IMG/VR virus record: IMGVR_UViG_3300019889_000008
Span: 9,827-73,826 of that record
Strand: one strand, 5' to 3'
Origin: a virus
DNA length: 64,000 nucleotides
In this document: piece after piece, positions 38,373 through 49,224 of the stretch
Layout: the number at the start of each line of letters is the position of its first letter
Numbering within the stretch: the first letter of the stretch is position 1
The notes under the pieces: generated by a model
What the model saw: only the letters and a program-made list of their open reading frames with translations
Told to the model about the DNA's origin: nothing
The model's database searches: none
Translations under genes and position numbers: made by a program

Positions 38373-40124
38373 CTATTTCGGTCCCTTCTGATCGCGCTGG
38401 TGGGGCTCGGCGAATACCCTTTGGCACCACTGCGCGGCATCGAACTCGTCGTCCATGGCCGCCTTCAGCGCCGCCTCGGCGACCTGGAGATCGTTGCGGG
38501 CTCGCTCGACGGCGCGCTTGGCGGTTTCCCATCGCCGCTGCGCCCGGCGCTGCTCCAGCGTGGTCATCGCTTGCGCTCCCACGTTCCACCTTTCGCGATG
38601 ATCCGCCGGGCGCAGTCCAGGCCAAAGGGGAACCATCCCTGCGACCGATCCTCTGGGACATCCTCCCGGTCGTGATACGTGTTGTCACGCTGATCCAACT
38701 CCAGCCATGCGGCCGGGCCCTTGAGCGGCTCCCCGCATCGGGTGCAGGACCGGTTGCTCGGGTCGATCTCGTCGGCGCGGCCGATTTGGCGCGGTTTCGG
38801 TTTGCCGGTCACTTCAGCGCCTCCTCAATCGCAACCCGCACGGCCTCGGCACGCTCTCGGTCTGCTCGCCGGATGGCCACGGTAAGCCGCCGGATTTTCC
38901 TGGCGCTGGTCACGGCAAGCACCCGAAGGATCTCATCGTCGGAGCAATGGGCTTCGCGAAGCATGGTCACGACCACGGATTTCTCGGCCATGGTCATTGG
39001 CCGTTCGCTAGCGGCCTTCAGGAGGCCCTCAATCTCCGCCAAGCGGCGACAGCCGATGGCAGGCATGCTCTCGATTTGGTGGACACCAGCGGCGGCAAGG
39101 TCCGCGGCCATGGCGGCGCGCTCGACCCTGGTCATCTTGGCGGAGTCAACCGCGGCCCCCGGCTTCAGCAGCGCGCGGCTGCCGTGGCTCCGATACACGT
39201 CCTTGATCTTGCCGGACCCGATGGCCTTGAGATCGGTGTCCTTGATGGCCCGCCGGGCTTGCCGCCGCTGCTGGGCCCGCGTCGTCGATTTGCCGGTCAT
39301 GATTGTGGTCCCTTGGGCACGGCCTCTCTGCCTGCATCGGTGATGTAATGATCGCCGTGAACGTTGGGGACGATCAACCCTGCTGCCTCCAGGCCGGCCA
39401 AGGCGACCTTGATCCGGTGCCGATCAAAGCCGGTCCGGCCGCCGCCACGGACGACCCCATCGGGGTGCGCCGCGCCGTCCTGGAGGAGGCGCACCTTCGT
39501 GACGGACAGGCGGACGGTCATCGTGTCACCTCCCGCGCCGCTGGCGCGGCCTTCTGTGCCTGGATGGCCTCCTCGGCCCAGCGCCGCACCATGGCGGGGT
39601 CGGGGCCGTTGAGCAGCGAAGTGATCTGCTCGACGCTGTTGCCGGCCTCGACCATGCGCCTGACCATATTTCTGGAAACCGAGAGGAAGGAAGTCATCCT
39701 TGGCCTCCCTTCGGGTCGGCAATCTCCAGATCCTTGCCCCATACGTCGCCGCTGTTGATCAGGTAGACCAGTGCTCTGGAGATCGTCGGCGTGGTGACCG
39801 TGGCGATCACGACCCCGAGCCTGTTCCTGATGGCCAGACCATCGGCCCTGACCGGCGGGAGGACGAGGCTCTTGGCAGTCTGGGTCATGGCCGGCCTCCC
39901 ACGGCGGCGCTGGCCGGCGTTGGGCCCTGTGCGGCGTCCAGGCGGCGCACGGTGGCCTCCAGGCGCCGGATATAGGCCACGGCCAGCGGCAGGGCGTATT
40001 CGGGCGCGAGGCCCCGGCCGTCGGCGGCGTCGGTCAGGGCCGCGGACAACTCTTCGTCATCCTTGAAGGTGACGAAGAGATCATCCAGACGGGGGCGGCG
40101 GGCGAGTAGATCGAGCATGTTCAT
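38373..40124 (-). other. Small coupled hypothetical genes between candidate attP and integrase
   Basis: 38564-38812, 38809-39300, 39297-39521, 39694-39888, 39885-40124. Confidence 0.5.
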
Positions 40125-40135
40125 GGCTGCCACCC

Positions 40136-41251
40136 TCACCCGACGTCCCGGAAGCGATCCCGCATCTTGCGCGCAACGCCCTTTTGCAGGATCGCCTGCT
40201 GTGCGGCATCGCAATACCGCTGGACCTCGGAGAGGGTCTTGTGGCCCGTCACGGTCATGATCTCGTGCGGGGTGCAGCCGGCCTCGGCCAGCCGCCGGGC
40301 CGCCGCCTTGCGCAGGCCATGCGACACGCACCGATCGGGAAGCCCGGCGGCATCGAAGTTGTCGGCCATCCAGCGGCTCAGGGTGGTCGGGGCGAACTTG
40401 CGGTGGATGCCGTTGAGGAGAATGTGCTGGTGGATGTCGGTCGGCACCTTCTCCCGCGCGCAGGTTTCCTTCCACGCATCGAGCGCCTCGATCAGTTCGG
40501 GCTCGCAGTTGATGTTGAGCGTCCGATCGTTCTCGGCGTCGTCGCCCTTCTCCTGCTGCACCGCCATGGTGGCCCGGCGATGACCCTCCTTGTCGGTCCA
40601 CCACGTGATCTCGGGCAACTTCATCTTGGCCACGTCGACCACCCGCTGGCCGCTGTAGAGGAACAGGGCGAAGGCCGTCCGCTCCCGCGTCCCAAGCTTC
40701 CACCGCTTCTCGTACTGCGCGATCTCCGCCTCGTTCCAAGTGTGGTGACTGCCGATCTCCAACTTGTCGACGCCCATGGTCGGGTCGCGGTCGATCCACC
40801 CGCGCCGGATCACAAACTTGGTCAGTTGCCGCATCACCTTGAGCAGGTTGTTATGCTGGCCGGGGCGATCGTGGTAGGTCGCGAGGAACTCCTCGATCTT
40901 GGCGACCGGGGTGCCCCGCACCGACCGGTGGCCATGGAGCCGGCAGAAGATGTTGAGCAGCCGGGTGGTCTTCTTCTTGGCCTCCTCGCCCTGCGCGCCG
41001 AGCCCGACCTTGATGAAGTCGGTCTTGGCGGCGTTCCACGTCCGGTCGCCGCTGCTGGTCTTCACGACCTCGGTCAGCGGCGTCGCCTGGGGCGCGAAGC
41101 CGAGCGCCATGGTGTACTGCCCCATGTATTCGGGCGAGCCCGGCTTGCCGATCAGCTTCACCGCCTTCTGCTTGGGATACCGGAAGTAAGACCGCTCCTT
41201 GCCGTGCCGGTCGGTGAAAGTGTTAACGTATTTCAAATTTACGGTTGTCAT
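40136..41251 (-). CDS. int: Tyrosine integrase
   Basis: LFLYSGQRVVDV, HGLRKAAARRLAEAGCTPHEIMTVTGHKTLSEVQRY; N-terminal DRHGKERSYFR. Confidence 0.95.
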   Translation of the reverse strand: MTTVNLKYVNTFTDRHGKERSYFRYPKQKAVKLIGKPGSPEYMGQYTMALGFAPQATPLTEVVKTSSGDRTWNAAKTDFIKVGLGAQGEEAKKKTTRLLNIFCRLHGHRSVRGTPVAKIEEFLATYHDRPGQHNNLLKVMRQLTKFVIRRGWIDRDPTMGVDKLEIGSHHTWNEAEIAQYEKRWKLGTRERTAFALFLYSGQRVVDVAKMKLPEITWWTDKEGHRRATMAVQQEKGDDAENDRTLNINCEPELIEALDAWKETCAREKVPTDIHQHILLNGIHRKFAPTTLSRWMADNFDAAGLPDRCVSHGLRKAAARRLAEAGCTPHEIMTVTGHKTLSEVQRYCDAAQQAILQKGVARKMRDRFRDVG

Positions 41252-41267
41252 TATGATCTCCGGGTTA

Positions 41268-41359
41268 GGACACGTATCGGTGCCAGGGCACACATTAGTG
41301 CCTTCGCCCGGAGATCGGGAAGGACTATTTTTACAAACCAAGGGCACCGGGGCGTGCCC
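41268..41359. promoter_or_regulatory. Three GGGCAC-N6-GTGCCC-type palindromes upstream of int
   Basis: 41268-41285, 41286-41303 and 41342-41359 (perfect). Confidence 0.6.
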
Positions 41360-41628
41360 TAGGCGTCGTCCCATGACGTGTCGCGGACCGGCGCCGCCAG
41401 ATCCCAGACGCCACCGACATGCGGGATGGCCTTGTATGCCGCCCGCAGTTCGTCGGCATCCCAGGTCATGACCCCGCCTACCAGCCTGGCGGGCGGCATC
41501 TTCCGGTCCTTGACCATCCGCTGGAAATTCGACACGCCGATGCCGACATAGGCCGCGGCCTCGTTGATCTGGAGGCCGAGCAGGCACGGCAGCCGGTCCA
41601 GGGCTTCAGCGCGGGCAACCTTCTTCAC
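41359..41628 (-). CDS. xis: Excisionase/AlpA-like HTH protein
   Basis: EAAAYVGIGVSNFQRMVKDRKMPPAR..WD; directly upstream of int. Confidence 0.8.
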   Translation of the reverse strand: MKKVARAEALDRLPCLLGLQINEAAAYVGIGVSNFQRMVKDRKMPPARLVGGVMTWDADELRAAYKAIPHVGGVWDLAAPVRDTSWDDA

Positions 41629-41817
41629 CTAGACCTCCCTGATCACGTAGCCATAGAACTCCGGATCGGCGGCGATGAAGTCGAAGACGTCGCCGTAACC
41701 CAGCCCCAGCTTTTCATGCACCAGCATCCAGTGCGCGCCCTCGGGGAGATCGAGTTCCCCGACCTCCTCCAGCACGTCGCGGACCCGATCCTTGGTCGGC
41801 CTGGCCACGATCCCCTC

Positions 41818-42711
41818 CTAGACCATCTCGGGGAACGTCTCCTTGACCCCACCGCGGGTCCGGAAGACGAAGTTATTGGGCCTCTTACCCAAGCGCACGG
41901 CATTCCAGGCTTTCCAGAGCACCGCCAATTCGATGATGATTGGTCGCCGCCCGGCATCGGCCGCCGCATTGACGAAGTACCGGCGGACGGTCATCGCCGG
42001 ATGATCACTCGACAATCCGACCCCGGTGGCGATCTGCTCGCAGAACGACAGGGCGAGATCTGGGTCTATGCGGGAAGTCCGCAAATAGAAGAAGCCCCAA
42101 GCCGCAACCTTGATCGGCCTGAAAACCCTGTTCCAATCCCGCCCTCGCATGCTCGCGTCGATGATGTCGGGGTTCGCTTCCACGTGCAGCCGCAGATCCT
42201 CGTTCGGGACGATCTCGTTGAATGTCGTGTTCCCGGCGTTCAAGGAGATGTCGAACCGGGCGATGGCGGCGGTGTTCCGATCCTTCGCCAGATCGTGCCG
42301 TTTCAAAGTGTCTTGGCCAGTCCGAACACCGGGTCCATCCATTGTGTCGTATGCATCCGGGTCGATACCGAAGATCACGTAGGACACGAATGGTTTGCGG
42401 GCCCTTCGGCCGCCGAGCAGTCGGTGCTGGCCATTGGCCAAATTGCCGTCCCAATCGAAGATGATCGCCTCGCCATTCAGCCGCCATTTTCGGGCGCTGA
42501 TGCGACCGGAGTACAGCGTGATGCGCCCCTTGCGGATGGCTCTGTTGTTGACCGGGTTTCGGGCCAGCATCTCCTCAAAGCCATTCTCGTCGATCTCGAT
42601 GACGACAACCGCAGCCGTTTGGACGAGATAGTCCAGGAGCCTTGCCCAGCCCGCCCTCGTCTTTGGCGTAACGATTCGCGGGACATCAATCACATACGGA
42701 AGCTGATCCAT
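41818..42711 (-). CDS. ParB/Srx-like domain protein
   Basis: NRAI..WRLNGEAIIFD.DGNLANGQHRL. Confidence 0.7.
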   Translation of the reverse strand: MDQLPYVIDVPRIVTPKTRAGWARLLDYLVQTAAVVVIEIDENGFEEMLARNPVNNRAIRKGRITLYSGRISARKWRLNGEAIIFDWDGNLANGQHRLLGGRRARKPFVSYVIFGIDPDAYDTMDGPGVRTGQDTLKRHDLAKDRNTAAIARFDISLNAGNTTFNEIVPNEDLRLHVEANPDIIDASMRGRDWNRVFRPIKVAAWGFFYLRTSRIDPDLALSFCEQIATGVGLSSDHPAMTVRRYFVNAAADAGRRPIIIELAVLWKAWNAVRLGKRPNNFVFRTRGGVKETFPEMV

Positions 42712-42977
42712 TCCTCCCCCCTATTTGAGCCGCTTGAGACCGATCTCCTTCACCGTCTCGAACTCGATGCGCGAGCGGCGGAAGACCTCGTCCTTGGCCC
42801 AATACAGGACGTGCCAGCACTCGCGGACGTCCTGCATCCCGGCGGCCCGGCCCATCGACTGATAGGTCACGATTTCGCCGGCTGGCACCTTGAGCAGCAG
42901 GGCGACGAGGCCCTTCCGCTGATCGATGCGGGGCCGGCTCGGCCTGCGCATGGTGGCGATGCCCATTTCCATCTCGG

Positions 42978-43457
42978 TCACCTCCTGTTGAGCGATGCTT
43001 CCTGGCTCGCCCGGTCGCGCTGACTGCGGTAGGCGTCGGACAGCCGGGTCCAGATCCCGGCGGCGTCGGGGTTGCTGTCCAGGTCGCGCCGGCTCTTGCA
43101 GCCGCAGATGCGCCGCACCTGCACGGCCGCCGCCTCCTCGCTGTCGACCTTGAGCCAAGCCTGGAATTCGGCGTCCTTGCACAGGATGCCTGCCTGCTTG
43201 ACGAACGGGAGCTTCCGCCACGACTGCCGCTCGGGTTCCGGGGCCGGGAGATCTTTGGTCATGCGCACCGCCAGAACGTCGGGGTCGAGGGTGACGATGG
43301 CGCAGGGCCGCGACACCCCTGGCAGCGGGAAGCCGCCGAGCCGGTGGTGGATTCCATCGCCATCCTCGATCGGGGCCTCGAACAAGATCTGGACGACCCC
43401 GCGGCTGGGGATGGCTTTCAGCTGGACGAAGTCGGCGATGATCGGTTGCTCGGTCAT
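42978..43457 (-). CDS. Phage hypothetical protein
   Basis: AGILCKDAEFQAWL..VRRICGCKSRRDL. Confidence 0.6.
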   Translation of the reverse strand: MTEQPIIADFVQLKAIPSRGVVQILFEAPIEDGDGIHHRLGGFPLPGVSRPCAIVTLDPDVLAVRMTKDLPAPEPERQSWRKLPFVKQAGILCKDAEFQAWLKVDSEEAAAVQVRRICGCKSRRDLDSNPDAAGIWTRLSDAYRSQRDRASQEASLNRR

Positions 43458-43978
43458 GCCGCCGGCTCCGCTGGCAACGCGAACTTCAGGCCCCACGACC
43501 TCCAGGCGGCGCCGACCGCGCCAGTGCCGGGGAACAGGTCGTGGAGATCATCTTCCGGCCTGGCGCCGGCCATCTCGAACGCCCAATGGCAGACCGCCTC
43601 GGGCTTGGCCCCGGTCAACCCGCGCCGCAGGGTGATCGACTCTGCGATCCAATCCCGCATGACGAGCCGCTTCGACACGACCGGTTTGCGCGCGGCCTTG
43701 ACGATGACCGGTTCCCACGCGAAAGCGACCGAGACGTTCCGCTTGAAGGCGGCGAAGCCTTTCACCCATGCCATCCAGCGGGCTCCGGTGCCCTCGACCA
43801 TCGGGGCGAGGAGCGCCATCGAATAGGGGGTCGCGTTGGTGTGCAGGACCCACCCGTCGAACTCGGACTGGAGCCGATCGATCAGACCGCGGAAGTCGAT
43901 CTCGCCCGAGTAATCCGGCTGGTCCCGGTAGAGATGGGCGCAGCCGGGATACGGGGGGTCGGCGTAACCGATCCTCAT
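43454..43978 (-). CDS. Small amino (N6A/N4C) DNA methyltransferase-like protein
   Basis: YADPPY catalytic motif; DLFPGTGAVG SAM-binding motif. Confidence 0.75.
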   Translation of the reverse strand: MRIGYADPPYPGCAHLYRDQPDYSGEIDFRGLIDRLQSEFDGWVLHTNATPYSMALLAPMVEGTGARWMAWVKGFAAFKRNVSVAFAWEPVIVKAARKPVVSKRLVMRDWIAESITLRRGLTGAKPEAVCHWAFEMAGARPEDDLHDLFPGTGAVGAAWRSWGLKFALPAEPAA

Positions 43979-44177
43979 CACCGGTTCGCCCCTCTCGGAA
44001 CGATCGTGAAGCCGCGGGCCTCCAGCCTTGCCAGGGCCTCCTCGGCCTCGACCATATAGCCGGACCAATAGCCGTCGACCATGTCCAGGTCGGCATCGGC
44101 CTTGCACGCTTCGAACCGGTCCAGCTTGCCGTCGATGCTGGCCCAGACGGCGGCGAGCGCCTCGATGGCGGACGTGG

Positions 44178-45032
44178 TCATTGCGGCAACTCCATCGGTT
44201 CGGCGGCCAGGGTCTCGGCCTCGGTGATCAGGTCGATGGCCCAGCCACGCTCGGGGTCGGTGGCGGCCCAAGCCCGGATCGCCTGGACGGCATCCTTGTT
44301 CTCCTGGATGTCGATCAGCCGCCGGTTCGTGCCGAGACCCCGGATCAGATTGGTCAGGAAGTCTTTCGCCCCGGTGCCGTTGGCCGGGAACTTCCGCTCC
44401 ACGACCCGGCCGGTGAACGTGTCGGGCGGGAATGACAGGACGAAGTGCCGGCCGCCCGTGGCCGCGTCCTGGGGCCGCTGGGCCGGCACAGGCGGCGATG
44501 GCGGGCTGGTGGGGGTGTCGGCCTGGCGTTCGGCCTGGCGGCGCCCCTGGCCACCCTGTGCGCCCTGGCGCTGGCCGTCGCGTCCGGCGTTGGCCACTCG
44601 GTCGCGGACGAAGTTGCCGGCGGCGAGCCCACCATCATCGTCCTCGTCGCCGGTCAGCCCGACCGCGGCGCCGAAGGCATACCGCTTCGCATAGGTGATC
44701 GCGCTGCCCATCTGCTGGGCCGTGTATTCCCGGTCCAGCACCACGGGGATCTCGGTCTCGACCCATTGGCCCGAGGCGTGCATCAGCAGCGTGGTGACGA
44801 CGAGCGGCCCCTTCTGGGAATACTCGGGGGCCTGCATCCAGGCGATGGCGTTTTCGCTCAGGGCGGCGCGGGCCGCGTCGATCAGGGCATCGAAGGTCGC
44901 ATACTTGAAGGTGTACTTGCCGCCGGTCTTGGTCTGAACCTCGACCGGCCGATCCCGGCCGGGGTTCTTCATCGCGCCCTGAGCCTTGGCCAGGGCCTCG
45001 GCGAACTTGTCGATCTCCATGCTGCGGATCAT
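44178..45032 (-). CDS. erf: ERF-family ssDNA annealing protein
   Basis: ALAKAQ..YA..TTLLMHASGQW..QQMGSAITYAKRY..DEDDDG. Confidence 0.93.
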   Translation of the reverse strand: MIRSMEIDKFAEALAKAQGAMKNPGRDRPVEVQTKTGGKYTFKYATFDALIDAARAALSENAIAWMQAPEYSQKGPLVVTTLLMHASGQWVETEIPVVLDREYTAQQMGSAITYAKRYAFGAAVGLTGDEDDDGGLAAGNFVRDRVANAGRDGQRQGAQGGQGRRQAERQADTPTSPPSPPVPAQRPQDAATGGRHFVLSFPPDTFTGRVVERKFPANGTGAKDFLTNLIRGLGTNRRLIDIQENKDAVQAIRAWAATDPERGWAIDLITEAETLAAEPMELPQ

Positions 45033-45034
45033 GG

Positions 45035-45541
45035 TCAGCCCTGCCGGATGGAGATTGTGGGGGCCGGGTTCGACAGGGCCGCGCCGGGCACGTCATCGCC
45101 AGCATCGAGCGCGGCCTTGATGTCAGCCTTGACCGGCTTCCGGATGATCTTGACGTAGGCGTCGGGCAGCGCCGCCTCGTCGGTGACGATCACGTGCCGG
45201 CTGCCCTTGGTCAGGGTGACGGTCGCCTCGGGGAAATCGAACCGCTTCCGGGCCGCCGCCTCCATGGCCGCCTGCACCAGGAACTGCTTCCGCATGACGC
45301 GGTCCTCCAGCCGGCTTTTCCGGGACGCCATCTTTCTGATCCGCGCGGTCAGCGCCTCCGCCATCGTCTCGTCGTCCAGCGACGACACGATCAGCGCCCG
45401 GCACCGCTCGGGGAAATCCGAGATGCCGTCGAGGGTGTCGGTCAGCGCCGGCTCGTCCTCGGCCAGGGTCGGGAACTCGCGCAGCAGAGCTTCGCGCAGG
45501 GCCGCATCGGACGCGGCATCGGCCTGGAGGCTTCGATTCAT
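45035..45541 (-). CDS. Siphovirus Gp157-family protein
   Basis: DEAALPDAYV..KADIKAALDAGDDVPGAALSN. Confidence 0.85.
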   Translation of the reverse strand: MNRSLQADAASDAALREALLREFPTLAEDEPALTDTLDGISDFPERCRALIVSSLDDETMAEALTARIRKMASRKSRLEDRVMRKQFLVQAAMEAAARKRFDFPEATVTLTKGSRHVIVTDEAALPDAYVKIIRKPVKADIKAALDAGDDVPGAALSNPAPTISIRQG

Positions 45542-46440
45542 GGCTTCATCCCCAATGCGACATAGGCGGCCGGCATGCCCCACAGGATCAGCACCAGACC
45601 GGCGGCGAGGATGATCGTGCCGAGCACGGTCTCCGCGGCGCCCGATGTGGTTCGGCAATGGGGCGATGCGACGAGCGCGGTCCCGTAGATGACGAGGAAG
45701 ACCGCGGAGATCAGGAGGATCACGCCGGTCACAGGATCATCTCCTGGACCAAGCGGGCTCCGATGGCGGCGACCCAGAACACGGCGTTCATCCCGAGGTA
45801 GATGTAGAGAGCCTGCCGGGTTGTCTGCGCCGTCCAGACGATCCGGCCAGCCATGCCTTGGACGATCATCATCGCGGTCCCGAAACCGGCCGTGAACGCG
45901 CACGTGGCCATGAAGGCGGCGAGGAGGGCCCTGGTCATGCCGCAGGCCCCTGGAGGATCGCCGAGACGAGGCAGATGACCCAAAACAGGGCGATCGTCCC
46001 GAGGTAGTAGCAGGCGGCTTCCCGGCGAGCCTGCCGCGTCCAGGCGACGGGGCCATTGAGCTTCTCGGCGATCATCAGCATTAGGCCGAAGCCTGCGATG
46101 AAGCCGCCGGTCGACATGCAGGCGAGATAGATGGCGTCGATCACGGCATCTGCTCCCGCCGGACCTGGGCACGGATGCGGTCGCGCTCACGGCCGTCGTC
46201 GATCTTGTCCTCGGTCCACCACCGATGATGGGCAACGATGTCGAACGGGGCCCAATGGAGCCGGGGCGTCCCGTTGCTGGTGACCTCCATGACCTTGGAG
46301 CCACCGATCACGTCGTAGCCGGGCTCGCTCTCGTCATAGGCGGAGCAGGCGTCGTCGAGGCGATCGTAGAGCGAGACCATGTGCTTGTGGTCCAGGACGC
46401 TCCACCAGATCAGGACATAGAGGGGGGGCATGGCGCGCAT
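45538..46440 (-). other. Three small membrane proteins plus hypothetical 46141-46440 (start of leftward operon)
   Basis: Hydrophobic coupled ORFs; 45729-45938 and 45935-46144 resemble each other. Confidence 0.5.
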
Positions 46441-46582
46441 ACCGATCTCCCGGTTGCACCTTGCGGCTGGGCTGTAAGGGGTAGATGTCGAGGGCTCCGA
46501 TCCGAGCCCGTGTCGATCCATCGATCATGTGATTCGACCGTTTGGCCGTCAAGCACGTTTTCTAAGCGGATCGTGTCATGCC

Positions 46583-46649
46583 TGTGGATAAATCTGGGGG
46601 TTGTAAGTTCCGGATCTGTCATATGGGCCCATATGGGCCCATATGGCCC
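46583..46649. promoter_or_regulatory. Divergent control region: DnaA box and CATATGGGCC repeats
   Basis: TGTGGATAA at 46583-46591; three 10-bp repeats at 46620-46649. Confidence 0.45.
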
Positions 46650-46790
46650 CAATAGAGTCCCGTACAATAAAAATTCAACCGTCCGAGTTCATGAAGTCAT
46701 CGGCGACAGTTTATGACCTAATTGTATGGCACTCATTTTTACTTTGCTTTTCCAGTTGCCAAGCCGTCCAAAACGCGATCTCTTTTGGGC

Positions 46791-47051
46791 ATGCTCTATT
46801 GTGATGCAGCCCTGTATCGAGTGCAGCGGTGGATCGAAGACCTCGATCCGAACCTGCGTTCTGCTGTCGTTCTGGCGGGCCTGACAGGGCTCAGTCTTGG
46901 GACCATGCGCCGCTTCTTGGCGCCGGGCGGGGTCGGCAACGCGACCCTCGATACCCTGCGGCGCCTGGAGCGGCACGTGCCCGCGGATTTCATGCCGCTG
47001 CGCATGCACGCGGAGATCGCGCGGGACGAAAAGTCGGCGAACGCCGCCTGA
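46791..47051 (+). CDS. Cro-like HTH protein
   Basis: LAGLTGLSLGTMRRF..NATLDTLRRLE; first gene of rightward operon. Confidence 0.55.
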   Translation: MLYCDAALYRVQRWIEDLDPNLRSAVVLAGLTGLSLGTMRRFLAPGGVGNATLDTLRRLERHVPADFMPLRMHAEIARDEKSANAA

Positions 47052-47399
47052 CCACCAACGGGCCGGCGCGACCGGCCACGGGAGGCTCCCTATGGTCGAT
47101 TTCGAGAAGATGGTCGGTTCCGGAGCGCTGAAGAAGCGTCTGGCCACGGCGGTTGAGACGATCGCGGGGTACGACCGCGACATCGCCGGGCTCAAGGCCC
47201 AGCGGAAGGAGGCCCTGGCCGCCGCCGAGGCCGACGACAAGCTGTCGCCCGGCGCTGTCGCCTATCTGGCCCATCTCCACCGCACCGGCAACAGCGATCG
47301 GGTCACGTCGGCCATCTGGCCCGTGGTCGAGAAGTATGCCGAGGTGCTGGGCCTGAAACTGCCCGGCAAGGATCAGCTCGATCTCTTCGACGAGGGCGA

Positions 47400-47870
47400 A
47401 TGATGGTTCGGCCGCCCAGGCCGCCGCCGCTCGGCACGTTGACGCCGTCCCAACTCCGCCGGCACCAGCTCTCGCTCGTGACAGAGGATGCGGTGCAGGC
47501 GGAGATCGTCTCGGTGCTGCGTCGGCTCCCGCCGCCGCCGCTCGGCCCCGCTTGGACGGCGATCAACCCGATCCCGGCCAAGAGCAAGGCTGTGGCCGGC
47601 ATGTCGAAGCGGCTCGGGCTCGTGCCCGGCTTCCCGGATCTGCACGTGCTGTGGGGTGGCGTCGCCGCCTATGCCGAGTGCAAGCGGCCGATCGGTGGAC
47701 AAGCCGGCTATCAGCAGCCCGAGGTCCAGGCCGCGCTCCGTGAAGCCGGCGGCCGGGTCGCGGTGGTGACCAGCCTGGACGAGTTCCTGGGCTTCCTCCG
47801 GTCGACGTTCCCGGAGCAATGGGCCGCGCTCGGCCTTGCCGCCCCGGTCCTGTGGAAGGCGATGCAATGA
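47400..47870 (+). CDS. VRR-NUC / PD-(D/E)XK nuclease
   Basis: EDAVQ..GLVPGFPDL..AECKRP..Q. Confidence 0.8.
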   Translation: MMVRPPRPPPLGTLTPSQLRRHQLSLVTEDAVQAEIVSVLRRLPPPPLGPAWTAINPIPAKSKAVAGMSKRLGLVPGFPDLHVLWGGVAAYAECKRPIGGQAGYQQPEVQAALREAGGRVAVVTSLDEFLGFLRSTFPEQWAALGLAAPVLWKAMQ

Positions 47871-48395
47871 ACGCGATGTATTTCGCCGTGAAGGTCGGCC
47901 TGGCCGGCAATCCCAAGATCGCCGAGGCGGCCGAAATCTCGGGCACCGACCGGTCGGCCGTGGTGGCGGTGCTGCTGGCGATGCTGGAGGCGGCGGCGCA
48001 GTCGGACCCGCCCGGCGACCTGTCCGCCTTCGATCCGGAGGTGTGCGCCGAGGCTTACGGGATGGAGTGGGTCGACATCGCATCGATCGTCGATGCCCTC
48101 CGGGCTGCCGGCGTCGTCGGTGTCGGCTTCAAGAACTGGGCCGACTGGGGGCCGCACGACGAGGGGGCCCGCCAATGACCCCGATCGCCGACATCCTCGA
48201 CCGGGTGCTGTTCGAGATGGCCGAGGCGATGGACTGGCCGCTCGATCCCACGTCGCGGTTCTTCTACCGGCTCGCCGATCTGCTGCCGGCGGCCACGGTC
48301 AAGTCGCTGATCCTGGACGCCTGCCAGGCCGGCATCCTGTCGGTCAATCAGGCCCGCCGGCTGATCGTGGCCCTGGACCTGGGGGCCGAATAGGG

Positions 48396-49217
48396 ATGGT
48401 CGAGAACTGGCTCCGCTGGCACGTCGGGACCGGAACCGATCCGAAATGGAAGGTGGTCGCCCGCCGTTGCCGCCAGCCGGTCCATGCGGTCCTCGCGGTG
48501 TGGGCGCTGATGCTGGAGTGCGCATCGCAGGCTGCCGACCGGGGCACCCTGGAGGGGTGGGACGACGAGGATGCCGGCGCAGCGCTGGACCTGACCGTCG
48601 AGGATGTGGCCGCGATCCGTGAGGCCATGCAGGGCAAGGTGCTCGACGGTGGTCGTCTTGAAGCCTGGAGCCGGCGGCAACCGAAACGCGAAGACAATTC
48701 GGCAGATCGTGTCCGTGCGTTCCGCCAGCGAAAGCGAGCGTCACCGATCGTTACGGATGGCGATGTAACACAGGGTAACGCTTCGGAAACGCAAAGAAAC
48801 GCTAGAGGAGAGGAGAGGAGAGTAGAGGAGAAGAGAGAAGAACAAGATCCGGTTTTTTCGCTTCGCTCAAAAACCGACGCTCCTCGCGTTTCGGCTGAAG
48901 CCGAGCCCGCGGTCGCGTCGCCGATCGAACCGAAGGCCCCGGAAACACCGCAGCAGGCCCCGTCCAGGCCCATCGGCGACGTGCTGTGGGCGGAGGGGCT
49001 GGCGTACCTCAAACGGGCTGGTGTGCCGGAAAAGCAAGCCCGGTCGCTGCTGGGTCGCTGGCGCCGCGACTTCGGCGACGGCGAGGCCCTGGCCGCCATT
49101 GCCGAAGCCGACAAGGCCGCTGCCACGCAGCCGGTCGAATTCGTCACCGCCATCCTCCAGCGCCGCCGGCAGACCAGAAGCCGCGATGCGCCGTCGTCCA
49201 CCCGGTACGCGATCTAG
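48396..49217 (+). CDS. Phage replication initiator-like protein
   Basis: WLRWHVGT.TDPKWKVVAR, W..RQPKRED.SADRVRAFRQRK, EERRVEEKRE. Confidence 0.7.
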   Translation: MVENWLRWHVGTGTDPKWKVVARRCRQPVHAVLAVWALMLECASQAADRGTLEGWDDEDAGAALDLTVEDVAAIREAMQGKVLDGGRLEAWSRRQPKREDNSADRVRAFRQRKRASPIVTDGDVTQGNASETQRNARGEERRVEEKREEQDPVFSLRSKTDAPRVSAEAEPAVASPIEPKAPETPQQAPSRPIGDVLWAEGLAYLKRAGVPEKQARSLLGRWRRDFGDGEALAAIAEADKAAATQPVEFVTAILQRRRQTRSRDAPSSTRYAI

Positions 49218-49224
49218 GCCGGCC

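Noticed and set aside
42721-42972. O6-alkylguanine transferase-like call (VPAGEIVTY..GRAAG)
   Set aside because: Only the HTH-like start resembles it; no PCHR/PWHR motif
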